DNA of 64,000 bases, from contig JAJCZH010000018.1 of NCBI GenBank assembly GCA_029262515.1, positions 13,219 to 77,218 on the forward strand. Reading direction: 5' to 3'. Of the stretch, positions 27,745 to 37,051 are shown in pieces. The notes under the pieces are model-generated. The model searched no databases, was not told the DNA's origin, and saw only the letters and a list, made by a program, of their open reading frames with translations. Source of the DNA: Deltaproteobacteria bacterium (lineage in GTDB: Bacteria; Desulfobacterota; GWC2-55-46; JADFVP01). Every line of letters begins with the position of its first letter. Within the stretch, counting starts at the first letter, position 1. A program made the position numbers and the translations under genes.

Positions 27745-29574
27745 ATGAATAGAAAAGAGAAGTTCAGAAATATAGCGATTATCGCTCACGTTGACCACGG
27801 CAAGACGACACTCGTGGATGCGATGTTGGCCCAGAGCGGTACCTTTGGGGCGCACCAGCATGTAGAGGAGCGCGTTATGGACTCCATGGACCTTGAGCGC
27901 GAGCGCGGCATAACAATAATGGCGAAGAATACCGCCGTCTGGCACGGCGATATAAAGATAAATATAGTCGATACGCCTGGCCATGCGGACTTTGGCGGAG
28001 AGGTGGAGCGGAGCCTCAACCTTGTTGACGGCGTGCTCTTGCTTGTGGACTCGAGCGAGGGGCCGTTGCCGCAGACCCGCTTTGTTGTCAAGAAGGCGTT
28101 AGCGCGCAATCTGCCGGTCATTCTGGTCATAAACAAGATAGACAGGGGGGATGCGCGGATAGAAGAGGTGCTCGACGAGGTCTACGACCTCTTTATAGAC
28201 CTCGACGCAACCGATGAGCAGATAGATTTCAAGGTGCTCTACACGAACGCAAAGGCCGGAGTAGCGCATGACGAACTCGATGACGGCTCCACCGACCTAG
28301 AACCGCTTTTCAAGAAGATCTTCTCAGAGATTCCGGGCCCTCTCGCAATAGACGATCACGTGCCCCAATTTCTCGTAACGAACATCGAGTACGACCCTTA
28401 TGTCGGTTCTGTGGCCGTAGGTAGGTTAAGCAACGGGGTGCTAGAAGTTAATAAGAACTACAGTCTCTGTGGAGAAGAGGGCATAAGAAATGGAGTCAAG
28501 CTCTCGGCCTGTTATACGTATAAGGGACTAAGCAAGGTGCCGGTGGAGAGGCTTGAGGCCGGAGATATCATAGCCGTTGCCGGGATAGACAACGTCAGGA
28601 TCGGAGACACGATCTCTTCAGATACTGAGCCGAAGCCGATGGAGCGTATAAATGTGGATGAGCCAACCGTTTCGATGATATTTTCAGTCATCAACGGCCC
28701 TCTTGCAGGTACGGAAGGAAAGTTTCTTACATCGCGCCATATCAAAGACAGGCTTGAGAAAGAGACGCTCGGTAATGTCTCGCTAAGGGTGCTGCCGACG
28801 GACCGCGCCGACGCCTTCGAGGTATACGGCAGGGGCGAGCTTCAGATGGCGATACTGATAGAGACCATGCGCAGAGAGGGCTACGAGTTCATGGTCTCAA
28901 AACCGCGCGTAATAACGCACGAAGAGAACGGTGTTGTCATGGAACCGATGGAGAAGGTCTTTATCGACGTGCCAGAAGACAAGGTCGGTATCGTGACCGA
29001 GAAACTCTCGGTAAGAAAAGGGCGCATGACCAATATGCAGAACCACGGACACGGCCGCGTAAATATGGAGTTCTCTATTCCGTCGAGAGGCCTCATTGGG
29101 TTCAGGAGCCAGTTTCTGACCGATACCAAGGGCGCTGGTATCATGAACGCCCTTGCCGACGGTTATGCAGAGTGGTGCGGGTCTATCGTGCAGCGCACGT
29201 CCGGCGCGCTCGTTGCCGACAGATCGGGCAAGTCCACGACCTTTGCGAGTTTTGCGATGCTCGACAGGGGGATGCTCTTTATAGAGGTCAGTACGGTGGT
29301 CTATGAAGGTATGGTAATTGGCGAGCGCAACCGGGCCGACGACCTTGTAGTCAATATCACCAAGGAGAAGAAACTCTCCAACATGCGCAGCTCCGGTGCC
29401 GATATCTCGATGACGCTCCAGCCGCCGCGCCTTCTTTCGCTCGACCAGTCGATAGAGTTTATCGCGGAGGACGAGCTTGTGGAGATCACCCCGGACTCTA
29501 TCCGGATTCGCAAGATGGAACTCGACAGCAACAGGCGTGGCGCGCAGCAGAAGAAGGATAAGCTCAAGGTCTAG
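27745..29574 (+). CDS. typA: Translational GTPase TypA/BipA
   Basis: G-domain motifs AHVDHGKTT, DTPGHADF, NKID. EF-G-like domains. ~610 aa. The ORF-track start is 27730; MNRKEK at 27745 fits the conserved N-terminus. Confidence 0.85.
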   Translation: MNRKEKFRNIAIIAHVDHGKTTLVDAMLAQSGTFGAHQHVEERVMDSMDLERERGITIMAKNTAVWHGDIKINIVDTPGHADFGGEVERSLNLVDGVLLLVDSSEGPLPQTRFVVKKALARNLPVILVINKIDRGDARIEEVLDEVYDLFIDLDATDEQIDFKVLYTNAKAGVAHDELDDGSTDLEPLFKKIFSEIPGPLAIDDHVPQFLVTNIEYDPYVGSVAVGRLSNGVLEVNKNYSLCGEEGIRNGVKLSACYTYKGLSKVPVERLEAGDIIAVAGIDNVRIGDTISSDTEPKPMERINVDEPTVSMIFSVINGPLAGTEGKFLTSRHIKDRLEKETLGNVSLRVLPTDRADAFEVYGRGELQMAILIETMRREGYEFMVSKPRVITHEENGVVMEPMEKVFIDVPEDKVGIVTEKLSVRKGRMTNMQNHGHGRVNMEFSIPSRGLIGFRSQFLTDTKGAGIMNALADGYAEWCGSIVQRTSGALVADRSGKSTTFASFAMLDRGMLFIEVSTVVYEGMVIGERNRADDLVVNITKEKKLSNMRSSGADISMTLQPPRLLSLDQSIEFIAEDELVEITPDSIRIRKMELDSNRRGAQQKKDKLKV

Positions 29575-29598
29575 TGAGTGATGAGAGGCCAGGCAGTT

Positions 29599-31404
29599 TT
29601 AGAACGGCAGCTTGAAGGGCAGGGGCGAAGCGGGTTTGCCCGGTGTAGAAGATGAAGGCTGCTTTAGCAGTTCGTTTCCGAAACCGAGCTGCCCGGAGAG
29701 CAGGCCGCTTATGTCCTGAAGCGGCCCGAGCGAAGTATCGAGCCCCTTTAGCGGCCCGGCAGTCTTGGCCTCTATCTCTTTTCGAAGTTCGTTCTCGAAG
29801 GTCGCAACCTGCGCTTTCATCTGGTTCTCTACGATACCCTTTAGAAGAGAGTCGAGCCCGGAGGTTATCTTTACGGCATATTTCTCTCTGGTACCGCTAA
29901 CCTCTATACCTATTTTCAATTCGTTTATTGAAGAGAGCGCAGAGCTTAGGCCTTTCCCAAGCGCGTTTTTCTCCTTGCCTGTTTCCGGTGTTTTACCTCT
30001 GTCGAGTTTCAGTTCCTTTAGCGAGATATCCGCATTCGCCTTAATGACCTCTCCACTCATATTCGCTTTCATTTTTAGTTGAGCCACTGCCGAGTTGATT
30101 GAAATTGGAAACTCCTCGGATTCCGAGAGGCTGATGGACTCTATTTTCGCACCTTTTATAGAGGCCGTTACGGTATCTATCGGCGCTGTCGGGGCCGTTC
30201 TGTCTATCGTACCGTCTATCTTGATCTTGTCGGCCCAGTCTACCTCAGTCGCGTCCACGCTTAGCCTCATTGGTCTGCCGTGGATCTCGGCGTCCGGGGT
30301 AATGTCGGTGACTTTGCCCGCGAATTCGCCTTGCGCCGTTAAGACCGAGAAGTTGAGCGTGCGGATAAGGATGTCGGGAGTCGGCGTTTTATCTTTAAAG
30401 CGAACCGTTACGCCTCGTTTTCTCGGATGCCTTATAACCTCTGCATTCCCTCTGCGCTCTTTAACACGCTCTATGACAGGTGCCAGGCGTTTATTCCATT
30501 TCAGCGCGGTTTCTATGTAGGTTCCTGCTTTCTGCCCCAGCAGAGCGGAGCCTAAATTTGAGAGAGAATCGGGAGAGAGGGTGTACTTTTTCATTATTCT
30601 TTTAAGGTCCTGCTCAGGGGCTTTTGCTGCGGCACTAATCCGGCTCTTAAAACCCGAGGTTATCGAGTCGATCTCTTTTTGCGCGCTCTTTATCTTGTCC
30701 AGATCATTCTGGATATCTTTTTGAAGCTCAGCAAAACCGGCCGCTCCTCCCAAAAGCGCCTCTAAACCGCCACCTCCCTGAGTCGCCTTCAGCTTATCAA
30801 AGCGCTCTTTGTATTCGTCGAACTCTTTTTTGCCAGGCAGCTCCTTGAACTTTTCCTGCCACTTTGTTTCAGCGCTATTGAGGTCGGCCTTCAGCTTTTC
30901 TACCAAAGCGAGAGAAGGGAGGTCGGCCCCTTTTAATATCTCCTTCGGGTCCGGCAGCTTGAAGAGGTCGGTTGGGAGTTTACCTGCTTTTTTTTCTGAG
31001 CCGCTCGTTTTGCCGGTTGCAGCCGTTTTGCGAATTGCGCCGGATCGACTTCTGGTCGTATTGAAGCGTACCCCCGTCACCTCCATCTCTTCAACAAGAA
31101 CCTTCCTACCGAGCAGCCTGGCCCCGTCGATGCTGAAGGATATCCGCTCGATCTCTACGCTATTTTGCATAGGAGACTCGGGGTTCGTTACCTGCAGACC
31201 AGTAAGGGTAAGGCCCATCGGAAAGAGGCTGAGATCGGCACTCTTGAGTTCCACCTTCGCTCCTACGGCGTCTGTTCCGTTCCTCTCGATCTCTCTTTTG
31301 ACTACGCAATCGATAACCAGGAGCCAGAACACGGAGATCACTAGAATGATAATAACGAAGGCGATGAGGCCTTTTAAACGGATGGGGCTTTTTCTCTCTT
31401 TCAT
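29599..31404 (-). CDS. AsmA-like/TIGR03545-like large periplasmic protein with an N-terminal membrane anchor
   Basis: N-terminal TM (LIAFVIIILVISVFWLLVI), then ~570 aa of mixed beta-like/coiled-coil sequence. Translationally coupled (4-nt overlap) to a DUF2062-like membrane protein, the known TIGR03545/TIGR03546 pairing. Confidence 0.4.
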   Translation of the reverse strand: MKERKSPIRLKGLIAFVIIILVISVFWLLVIDCVVKREIERNGTDAVGAKVELKSADLSLFPMGLTLTGLQVTNPESPMQNSVEIERISFSIDGARLLGRKVLVEEMEVTGVRFNTTRSRSGAIRKTAATGKTSGSEKKAGKLPTDLFKLPDPKEILKGADLPSLALVEKLKADLNSAETKWQEKFKELPGKKEFDEYKERFDKLKATQGGGGLEALLGGAAGFAELQKDIQNDLDKIKSAQKEIDSITSGFKSRISAAAKAPEQDLKRIMKKYTLSPDSLSNLGSALLGQKAGTYIETALKWNKRLAPVIERVKERRGNAEVIRHPRKRGVTVRFKDKTPTPDILIRTLNFSVLTAQGEFAGKVTDITPDAEIHGRPMRLSVDATEVDWADKIKIDGTIDRTAPTAPIDTVTASIKGAKIESISLSESEEFPISINSAVAQLKMKANMSGEVIKANADISLKELKLDRGKTPETGKEKNALGKGLSSALSSINELKIGIEVSGTREKYAVKITSGLDSLLKGIVENQMKAQVATFENELRKEIEAKTAGPLKGLDTSLGPLQDISGLLSGQLGFGNELLKQPSSSTPGKPASPLPFKLPF

Positions 31405-31931
31405 CCTGCACCTCCGCCGGTACGAAGCGTGCCGAGGCCAGAATAGATACGGTACAGTTTAGAGGCCTTGAAGGCCGTCATCAAACGCGTGCGGTTAACT
31501 ACTGCGAGTATGTGCTCTCTATACTTTATTATTATTATTTTGAGCAACAGGGCCAGGGGCGCGAAGAGCAGGGCTGAAAAGAGTACGCTGCCGAGTATAA
31601 TCGAGTTGTTGAAGCCGGTCAAACGCCAGAAGGTAGAGTCGTAGAGCGAGATCCAGAGACCGGATAACGAGCCGCTGGTCAGGAGTGCGAGCCCGAAGTA
31701 GTGGAAGAGCGGGTCCAATAAGTAGGCGAGACCGGAACAGAGTATAAGGGAAAGTATAAAGGCGCTTATGTTTAACCTGAAGAGCAGCAGAATCAGCAGT
31801 ACGCCTAGATTGTGCAGAGTGTAAAACGGAGTGAGACCAGCGAGCATGCCGAGGCACAGAGCGATGCTGATGGCCCAGGGGTCGGCCTCCGAGTTGAGTA
31901 TGCGTAAAAATCTTGCGATCAGACGAAGCAT
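31401..31931 (-). CDS. DUF2062/TIGR03546-like small polytopic membrane protein
   Basis: 176 aa. 4-5 hydrophobic helices. The N-terminal motif ...DPWAISIALCLGMLAGLTPFY... is typical of DUF2062. Confidence 0.4.
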   Translation of the reverse strand: MLRLIARFLRILNSEADPWAISIALCLGMLAGLTPFYTLHNLGVLLILLLFRLNISAFILSLILCSGLAYLLDPLFHYFGLALLTSGSLSGLWISLYDSTFWRLTGFNNSIILGSVLFSALLFAPLALLLKIIIIKYREHILAVVNRTRLMTAFKASKLYRIYSGLGTLRTGGGAG

Positions 31932-32009
31932 AAGAAGGCTATTGGTAAAGTTGATCCGGCAAAGAGAATCTATTCAAGGGCATTTTGCCGGTTCAGCGCC
32001 CGCATCGGT

Positions 32010-32645
32010 TCAGGTTTTTGCGCCTATTCCCGGGTAAGGCCTCTTGAAGACTGCCCGCGCGCCGTACTTGACGTTTGTAAAGAGTGCGCCGGACTTGAAG
32101 GCCCCGAGAGTGAAGTAGACCTCTTTTGAGAAGACGGCAGTTGAGAAGTCGGCTTTTTGCAGGAAGTTGGCGTCGAAGAAGTGGGCCTGCTCCTCGAAGT
32201 GCGCACCCGTAAAGTTCGCCTCATCGTTGAAGGTTGCGTAGTCGAAGTGCGCCGTACTGTTGAATACGGTATTAGAGAAGTCGGAAACGCCGCAGAAGAT
32301 GGCCCTTTTAAAACTCACTTTCGAGCCGAACTCCATTGATGCGAAGTCTACTGCGCCTCTAAAGGTCGCCCCGGAGAAGTCTATGTGACAGAGCGGTGTA
32401 CTGCTTTGCAGGCCCGTGAAAGAGAAGTCGCCTTCGAAGATTGTGCCGGTGAGGTTGATGTCCTTCTCCTGCTCCAGGCTCTCTTTTATGTGCTCGAAGA
32501 CCAGTTTGTTGAATTCTTCAACGCTTATTCCCTGCTTCTCTCCGTGCGGTGCATGGAAAATGCAGTAGCGGTTGCCGTCCGATGCCTTTATTAGAGATCT
32601 GTTTTTGCTGCACCATTCGTACTTGTGGGCCATATCGCAGGGCAT
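32010..32645 (-). CDS. Pentapeptide-repeat protein with an N-terminal Cys/His (zinc-ribbon-like) segment
   Basis: Tandem A(D/N)(F/L)XX repeats (ADFSTAVFSKEVYFTLGAFKSGALF, ATFRGAVDFASMEFG...). N-terminus C-X8-C...C-X-F-H. Confidence 0.6.
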   Translation of the reverse strand: MPCDMAHKYEWCSKNRSLIKASDGNRYCIFHAPHGEKQGISVEEFNKLVFEHIKESLEQEKDINLTGTIFEGDFSFTGLQSSTPLCHIDFSGATFRGAVDFASMEFGSKVSFKRAIFCGVSDFSNTVFNSTAHFDYATFNDEANFTGAHFEEQAHFFDANFLQKADFSTAVFSKEVYFTLGAFKSGALFTNVKYGARAVFKRPYPGIGAKT

Positions 32646-32764
32646 TTACGCGGTCTCCGTACTTAATCGAGTTAACTCTGTATTTCCTTATATGAGTATA
32701 GCAGAAAAAAAGCTATGTATAGTAAATGCCTGGTCTAAAAGTTTTGGCTTCTACTGTTTCAGGC

Positions 32765-34309
32765 TCAGCCCTTTGCCCGGTCTTCGTACCGGTCTATTAC
32801 GGCGGCGCCTACCGAGTCGCCCCAGACGTTTACAGTGGTGCGGCACCGGTCGAGGAACCAGTCTATTGAGAGAAGCATTGCTATGCCTTCTAGCGGAAGG
32901 CCGGTTGCGTTTAGAACTATTACCATAGTTACAAGGCCGGCTTCGGGTATTCCGGCGGCCCCGATAGCTGCAAGCGTTGCTGTAAGAAAGACGACCAGCA
33001 GCATTGTCGCGTCCATAGGTATGTTATAGGCCTGGGCAATGAAGATTACCGCCACGGCCTCGTAGAGCGCGGTGCCGTCCATGTTGATGGTAGCGCCTAT
33101 CGGCAGGACGAATGAGGCGGACCGGGCACTTATGCCGTTATTCTCTTCGACGCACTCCATGGTGGTCGGAAGGGTGGCCGAGCTGCTCGCCGTTGAAAAG
33201 GCGGTGAAGAGGGCCTGGGCCATGCCGGTGGCGTACCTGACAGGCCTCTTTGCGGTGAAGAGCAACAGGATGAGAGGAATGACGATCACCGAGTGTATGG
33301 CGAGTCCTCCGATTACGGTTGCTGCGTAGTAACCGAGCCTGCTCAGCTCGACCCATACGGCGCTGCCCCCGCCGGTTACCGCAAGCCGGTCTACGACGAG
33401 GCCGAAGACTCCGAATGGCAGAAGGTACATGACCCAGTGGATCATTCTCAGTATCGTCTCGTTCGCCCCTATGAAAAAATCGATAACCGGCTTCGCCTTC
33501 TCGCCGACTACGCTTAGGGCTGCTCCGAAGAAGAGGGTGAAGGCGATCACGCCGAGCACGTTCATCGATGCCATTGCCGCGAATATATTCTTCGGTACGG
33601 CACCACGCGCCGGTTCGTTCTCGTTTATGAAGACCTGTAAGATGGTATCTACAATGCCGGCATCCTCTTTGCCCTGCACCCTTGAAGCCACCTCGGTGCC
33701 GGTCTCCATGCCTGTTCCGGGCTCTACGACCTGTACGAGTATGATACCGATCAGCACTGCTATGGAGGTGGTGACAAAGTAGTAGATGAGGGTTCGAAGC
33801 CCTGTTTTACCGACGTGGCGGATATCCCCGAGAGAGACTATGCCGACTATGAGGCTTGAGATCACCAACGGGATAACGAGCAGGTTCAGGAGATTGAGAA
33901 AGAGTTTGCCGACAAAGCGGATCAGCCTGTGAAGCGTGTACCAGAGGGCGTGGCCGGAGTATGAGGTCTCAGCCGTGCTCTCCAGCTCTTTTAGTTCCGA
34001 TATCTTTAACGTGAGCCCGGCCCGCTCTTTTGATAAGCCTGTAAGTTCACTCTCTATAGCGTTGACGGTGTCGAGGGAGGTTTGGTCCCTCCGGGCCTCT
34101 TCGAGTGAGACTCTTAATATCTCGATCTCTTTGGTTATAGAGGCCGTAGCGTAGGCTGCCTGCCGGCGTTCGGCTGAGGCGCTGGTGAGAGCGGCCTTGG
34201 TCTCTATTCCCGAATGCATCTTCCCGCCCCAGTACCAGCCGGTAAACCAGCCGGTCAAAAGCGCCGCGATAAGGCCGAGCAGTATTATTTTTCGATGTTT
34301 CGGGTTCAT
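32765..34309 (-). CDS. Dicarboxylate/amino-acid:cation symporter (DAACS/SDF family) with a ~130 aa N-terminal coiled-coil extension
   Basis: The transporter core is conserved (NLLNLLVIPLVISSLIVGIVSLG..., ...LPIGATINMDGTALYEAVAVIFIAQAYN...). N-terminal TM plus a coiled-coil segment. Confidence 0.7.
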   Translation of the reverse strand: MNPKHRKIILLGLIAALLTGWFTGWYWGGKMHSGIETKAALTSASAERRQAAYATASITKEIEILRVSLEEARRDQTSLDTVNAIESELTGLSKERAGLTLKISELKELESTAETSYSGHALWYTLHRLIRFVGKLFLNLLNLLVIPLVISSLIVGIVSLGDIRHVGKTGLRTLIYYFVTTSIAVLIGIILVQVVEPGTGMETGTEVASRVQGKEDAGIVDTILQVFINENEPARGAVPKNIFAAMASMNVLGVIAFTLFFGAALSVVGEKAKPVIDFFIGANETILRMIHWVMYLLPFGVFGLVVDRLAVTGGGSAVWVELSRLGYYAATVIGGLAIHSVIVIPLILLLFTAKRPVRYATGMAQALFTAFSTASSSATLPTTMECVEENNGISARSASFVLPIGATINMDGTALYEAVAVIFIAQAYNIPMDATMLLVVFLTATLAAIGAAGIPEAGLVTMVIVLNATGLPLEGIAMLLSIDWFLDRCRTTVNVWGDSVGAAVIDRYEDRAKG

Positions 34310-34535
34310 GGTTCCGTTTTCGTCCCTTTTCTTGATTACACATAAGTAGGTGCCGAGTACCGTGTCGAGTTTTTATAATAATATACGGCGGCGTCCAAGT
34401 ATATCGAAAAAAGCAAAGAGCACGGGCGAAGAATTCTTTAAAAGCGTGGTATCGAGTCCTGTTTTGTGGTATAGGTATTGGCCTTGTGAGCCAAACAGAT
34501 AAAGCGTGACGAAAAACCTTAAGAGGAGTTGTGCG

Positions 34536-34793
34536 ATGAGCTGTATAGAGATAACGATTACATGCCCTGTATGCGAGACAGACTTTCAGAAGAAAGCGAG
34601 CGAGATGCCGGACGGCACTACTATAGAGTGCCCCAAGTGCGGCGAGAAGACAAAGATACAGGGTAATATGTTTACGGATATGGATAAGAGCGTTGAGAAC
34701 GGCGGGCCCGGCGAAGAGGGTGGTCACGGCGGGCAGTGCGATCATGGAGATCACGGCGGTCACGGCGGTCACGGCGGTGGCTTCAATGCCTGA
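34536..34793 (+). CDS. Small zinc-ribbon protein with a His/Gly-rich C-terminal tail
   Basis: CPVC-X17-CPKC zinc ribbon. Tail GGHGGQCDHGDHGGHGGHGGG, encoded by a tandem 9-bp repeat (cggtcacgg x3). AGGAG RBS before ATG 34536. Confidence 0.4.
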   Translation: MSCIEITITCPVCETDFQKKASEMPDGTTIECPKCGEKTKIQGNMFTDMDKSVENGGPGEEGGHGGQCDHGDHGGHGGHGGGFNA

Positions 34794-34978
34794 GTTGCAC
34801 GCTTACGTTATCCTGCACATGGTTACAGACGACAACTAACTCGCTTGCGGTTTTGTGGCCGTGCAGGAGTAGATACGGAGTTGCTCTTTTATAGTCCCAA
34901 TTTCAGAGGGCCGGGGGCCGGAATTTTTTCCGGCTCTCTTCTTTTTTGTATCGATACGGTCGGGCGATACGGGGGGCT

Positions 34979-36103
34979 CTAGTGGCCGTTCATCTGCTCG
35001 TTCAGTATCTGGTTGGCCTCTATCGTCTGCTCAACCCGTTTGATCGATTCTGTTATAAGCCTGTTATCGGGACTGAGCATGTCGGCCTTCCGGTATAGCG
35101 CTGCCGCCTCTTCGAACCTTCCGTAAAACTCGTCGCAGACACCGAGGTTGTAGGTTAAAGAGGGGTTGTCGGGGGCAAGCCTGTCGGCCTCTTTCCACTC
35201 ATTACAGCCCTTGAGCAGCCACAGGTTCTTCGCAAACCCGATTCCTTTTTTCAATCTCTCTTTTGCCTCGCCCGACCCTATCCCCTCGTCAGAGTCCATA
35301 AGCGTGATATTTTCCGTTACGTAGTGCGGAGCTATCTCTTGCCTGAGTCTCTTCTGAGCTTTCTCAAGCGCCTTCTTTCTGGCTCTTTTCAGCAGATGCT
35401 CTTCAGTCCACTCTTGGCACTGCAGGTAACCGTTCCGGCTACCGGTGCCGAAGATTATTTTAAGCTGTCGGCTGAACTCTCTATTTTCTCTTTTGTCATG
35501 CGGCGCGTCGTTGCAAACGGACGACTCCTGCGTATCACCGGAGTGGAGCCTGTAGACGGTTTGTCCGCTCTCCTTCTCTCTCAGTGTAAGCTCAAAGGCG
35601 TATGTGGCGGCACTGTCGAAGCAGTCTACGTTGAAGTATTTCCACTTAAGGCAGTCCGAGTCGTTTGGAGTCGAGTATCGCGAGTACTCTTTGTCTTTGT
35701 ACTCAACGCAGTGCTTTCTCTCCTCTTCGTAATGCCTGACATGGCAACGCCTATCGGTTACGTCTCCGCTCATAATGCCGTAGCCGCCGAGGGTTCCGGG
35801 AAGCCCGGCTCGTTCACCTCCACCGTTGCTATCCGGATACCCTAATAGCCCGCCGGCATTTATCGAGAAGAAGGGCCTGTCGTCAACCTTGATATTTCTT
35901 AGTATCGTGGTTATGTCTCTTTGAAGCCGGTATGAGTTCGGGCCGGTAAAGGGGGCTATGGTAATGTAGGTCAGTTTTGCGGCGTCGTTATGGGCTGCGG
36001 GTTTTAATCTCGCCACGCGGATGCTCGGGGCGCAGGAGACGGTCAGGAATGCAATAAGCGCAAGCATTGCAGTTAGTATGGTTGTCTGCATATAACCGTT
36101 CAT
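34979..36103 (-). CDS. Lipoprotein with a Cys-rich central region and C-terminal TPR-like repeats
   Basis: Lipobox LTVSC after a hydrophobic signal peptide. C-terminal TPR-like helices (…LGVCDEFYGRFEEAAALYRKADMLSPDN…). Confidence 0.35.
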   Translation of the reverse strand: MNGYMQTTILTAMLALIAFLTVSCAPSIRVARLKPAAHNDAAKLTYITIAPFTGPNSYRLQRDITTILRNIKVDDRPFFSINAGGLLGYPDSNGGGERAGLPGTLGGYGIMSGDVTDRRCHVRHYEEERKHCVEYKDKEYSRYSTPNDSDCLKWKYFNVDCFDSAATYAFELTLREKESGQTVYRLHSGDTQESSVCNDAPHDKRENREFSRQLKIIFGTGSRNGYLQCQEWTEEHLLKRARKKALEKAQKRLRQEIAPHYVTENITLMDSDEGIGSGEAKERLKKGIGFAKNLWLLKGCNEWKEADRLAPDNPSLTYNLGVCDEFYGRFEEAAALYRKADMLSPDNRLITESIKRVEQTIEANQILNEQMNGH

Positions 36104-36269
36104 TTTTTCAATGCCTGTTATCAGAGGGGAGCTCTCGCTTTTGTAGTTACTTTTATTTAGGGTATGTTTAATGTGGAAATGTTTTCTTTGTTAGTAGCTC
36201 AAGAGAGAGTATGCGGAGGGTGTGCGTGTTATTTATGTACCGGTACTTTTATGACCTTAACGGAGCCGT

Positions 36270-36920
36270 TTATTTCCCGCCGCCACCGAGCGACCTTTCG
36301 CCGTACATCTCGGCCATACTGGTAAAGGCATCTGGGACCTGCTCAAGCAGCGTGATGAGCTGGCCTACCTGGTAGGCATTCAGATGGAGGGTCAGCCGTC
36401 TCTTCTTGGTGTGGTCCTTGATCTTTATACGCAGGGTATTCTCCCTGCCCTCTTGCCCCGGAACCAGATCTATGTCGAAGCTTATAAATATCCTGCTGAG
36501 GTATCTGGTTTCACGCACCTGTTCCGTTGTCGCGGTCACCAGCCAGGCCTGCGATTTTTTGAGCAGGTTGAGAAACTTCTCTCGTTCGTACCGGTTCTCT
36601 GTGTTTGCCCTTCCGGGCTGACCTAGCTCGAAGAGCAGGCCTCTCGTTTCGTAGTCGCCTTTGCCGCCGACTACATAGGTAATGTCGTCTATGAACGTTT
36701 TATCGTAAACCGCGAAGACCCGTATCGGCTCTTCAGTCCACTTGAAGGAGTCCTTGTGGTAGAGGTTACCCGTGGCCTCACCCTCCATCTGCAGTACCTC
36801 GGAGATAGCCGGGGGGGCGAGCAGCAGTAATAGCGCCAGAATATAGACCGGTATTAGCATGGCGCGATATCTGGTAAAGACTATTTTTGGCAGGTTTTTC
36901 ACGGTAGTAAACACCCTCAT
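36270..36920 (-). CDS. Hypothetical exported protein
   Basis: Hydrophobic signal-like N-terminus (MLIPVYILALLLLLAPPAISE). No recognisable motif. Same strand and immediately upstream of the TPR lipoprotein. Confidence 0.3.
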   Translation of the reverse strand: MRVFTTVKNLPKIVFTRYRAMLIPVYILALLLLLAPPAISEVLQMEGEATGNLYHKDSFKWTEEPIRVFAVYDKTFIDDITYVVGGKGDYETRGLLFELGQPGRANTENRYEREKFLNLLKKSQAWLVTATTEQVRETRYLSRIFISFDIDLVPGQEGRENTLRIKIKDHTKKRRLTLHLNAYQVGQLITLLEQVPDAFTSMAEMYGERSLGGGGK

Positions 36921-37051
36921 GTTTGTAGTTAGACGGTTGATTTCAAAGTGTTATTATACCAGAATGCAAGAATATAAGCAATATGCCGTTTTTTTTGAAT
37001 CGAACGTTAAGGTATCTGGTATAAAGTGTAAGGCGTTACAAGAAACGTCTT

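Noticed and set aside
36384-36626. Plus-strand ORFs 36384-36626 and 36406-36621 inside the hypothetical secreted protein gene
   Set aside because: They are antisense to a longer ORF that has a signal peptide, and have no support of their own.
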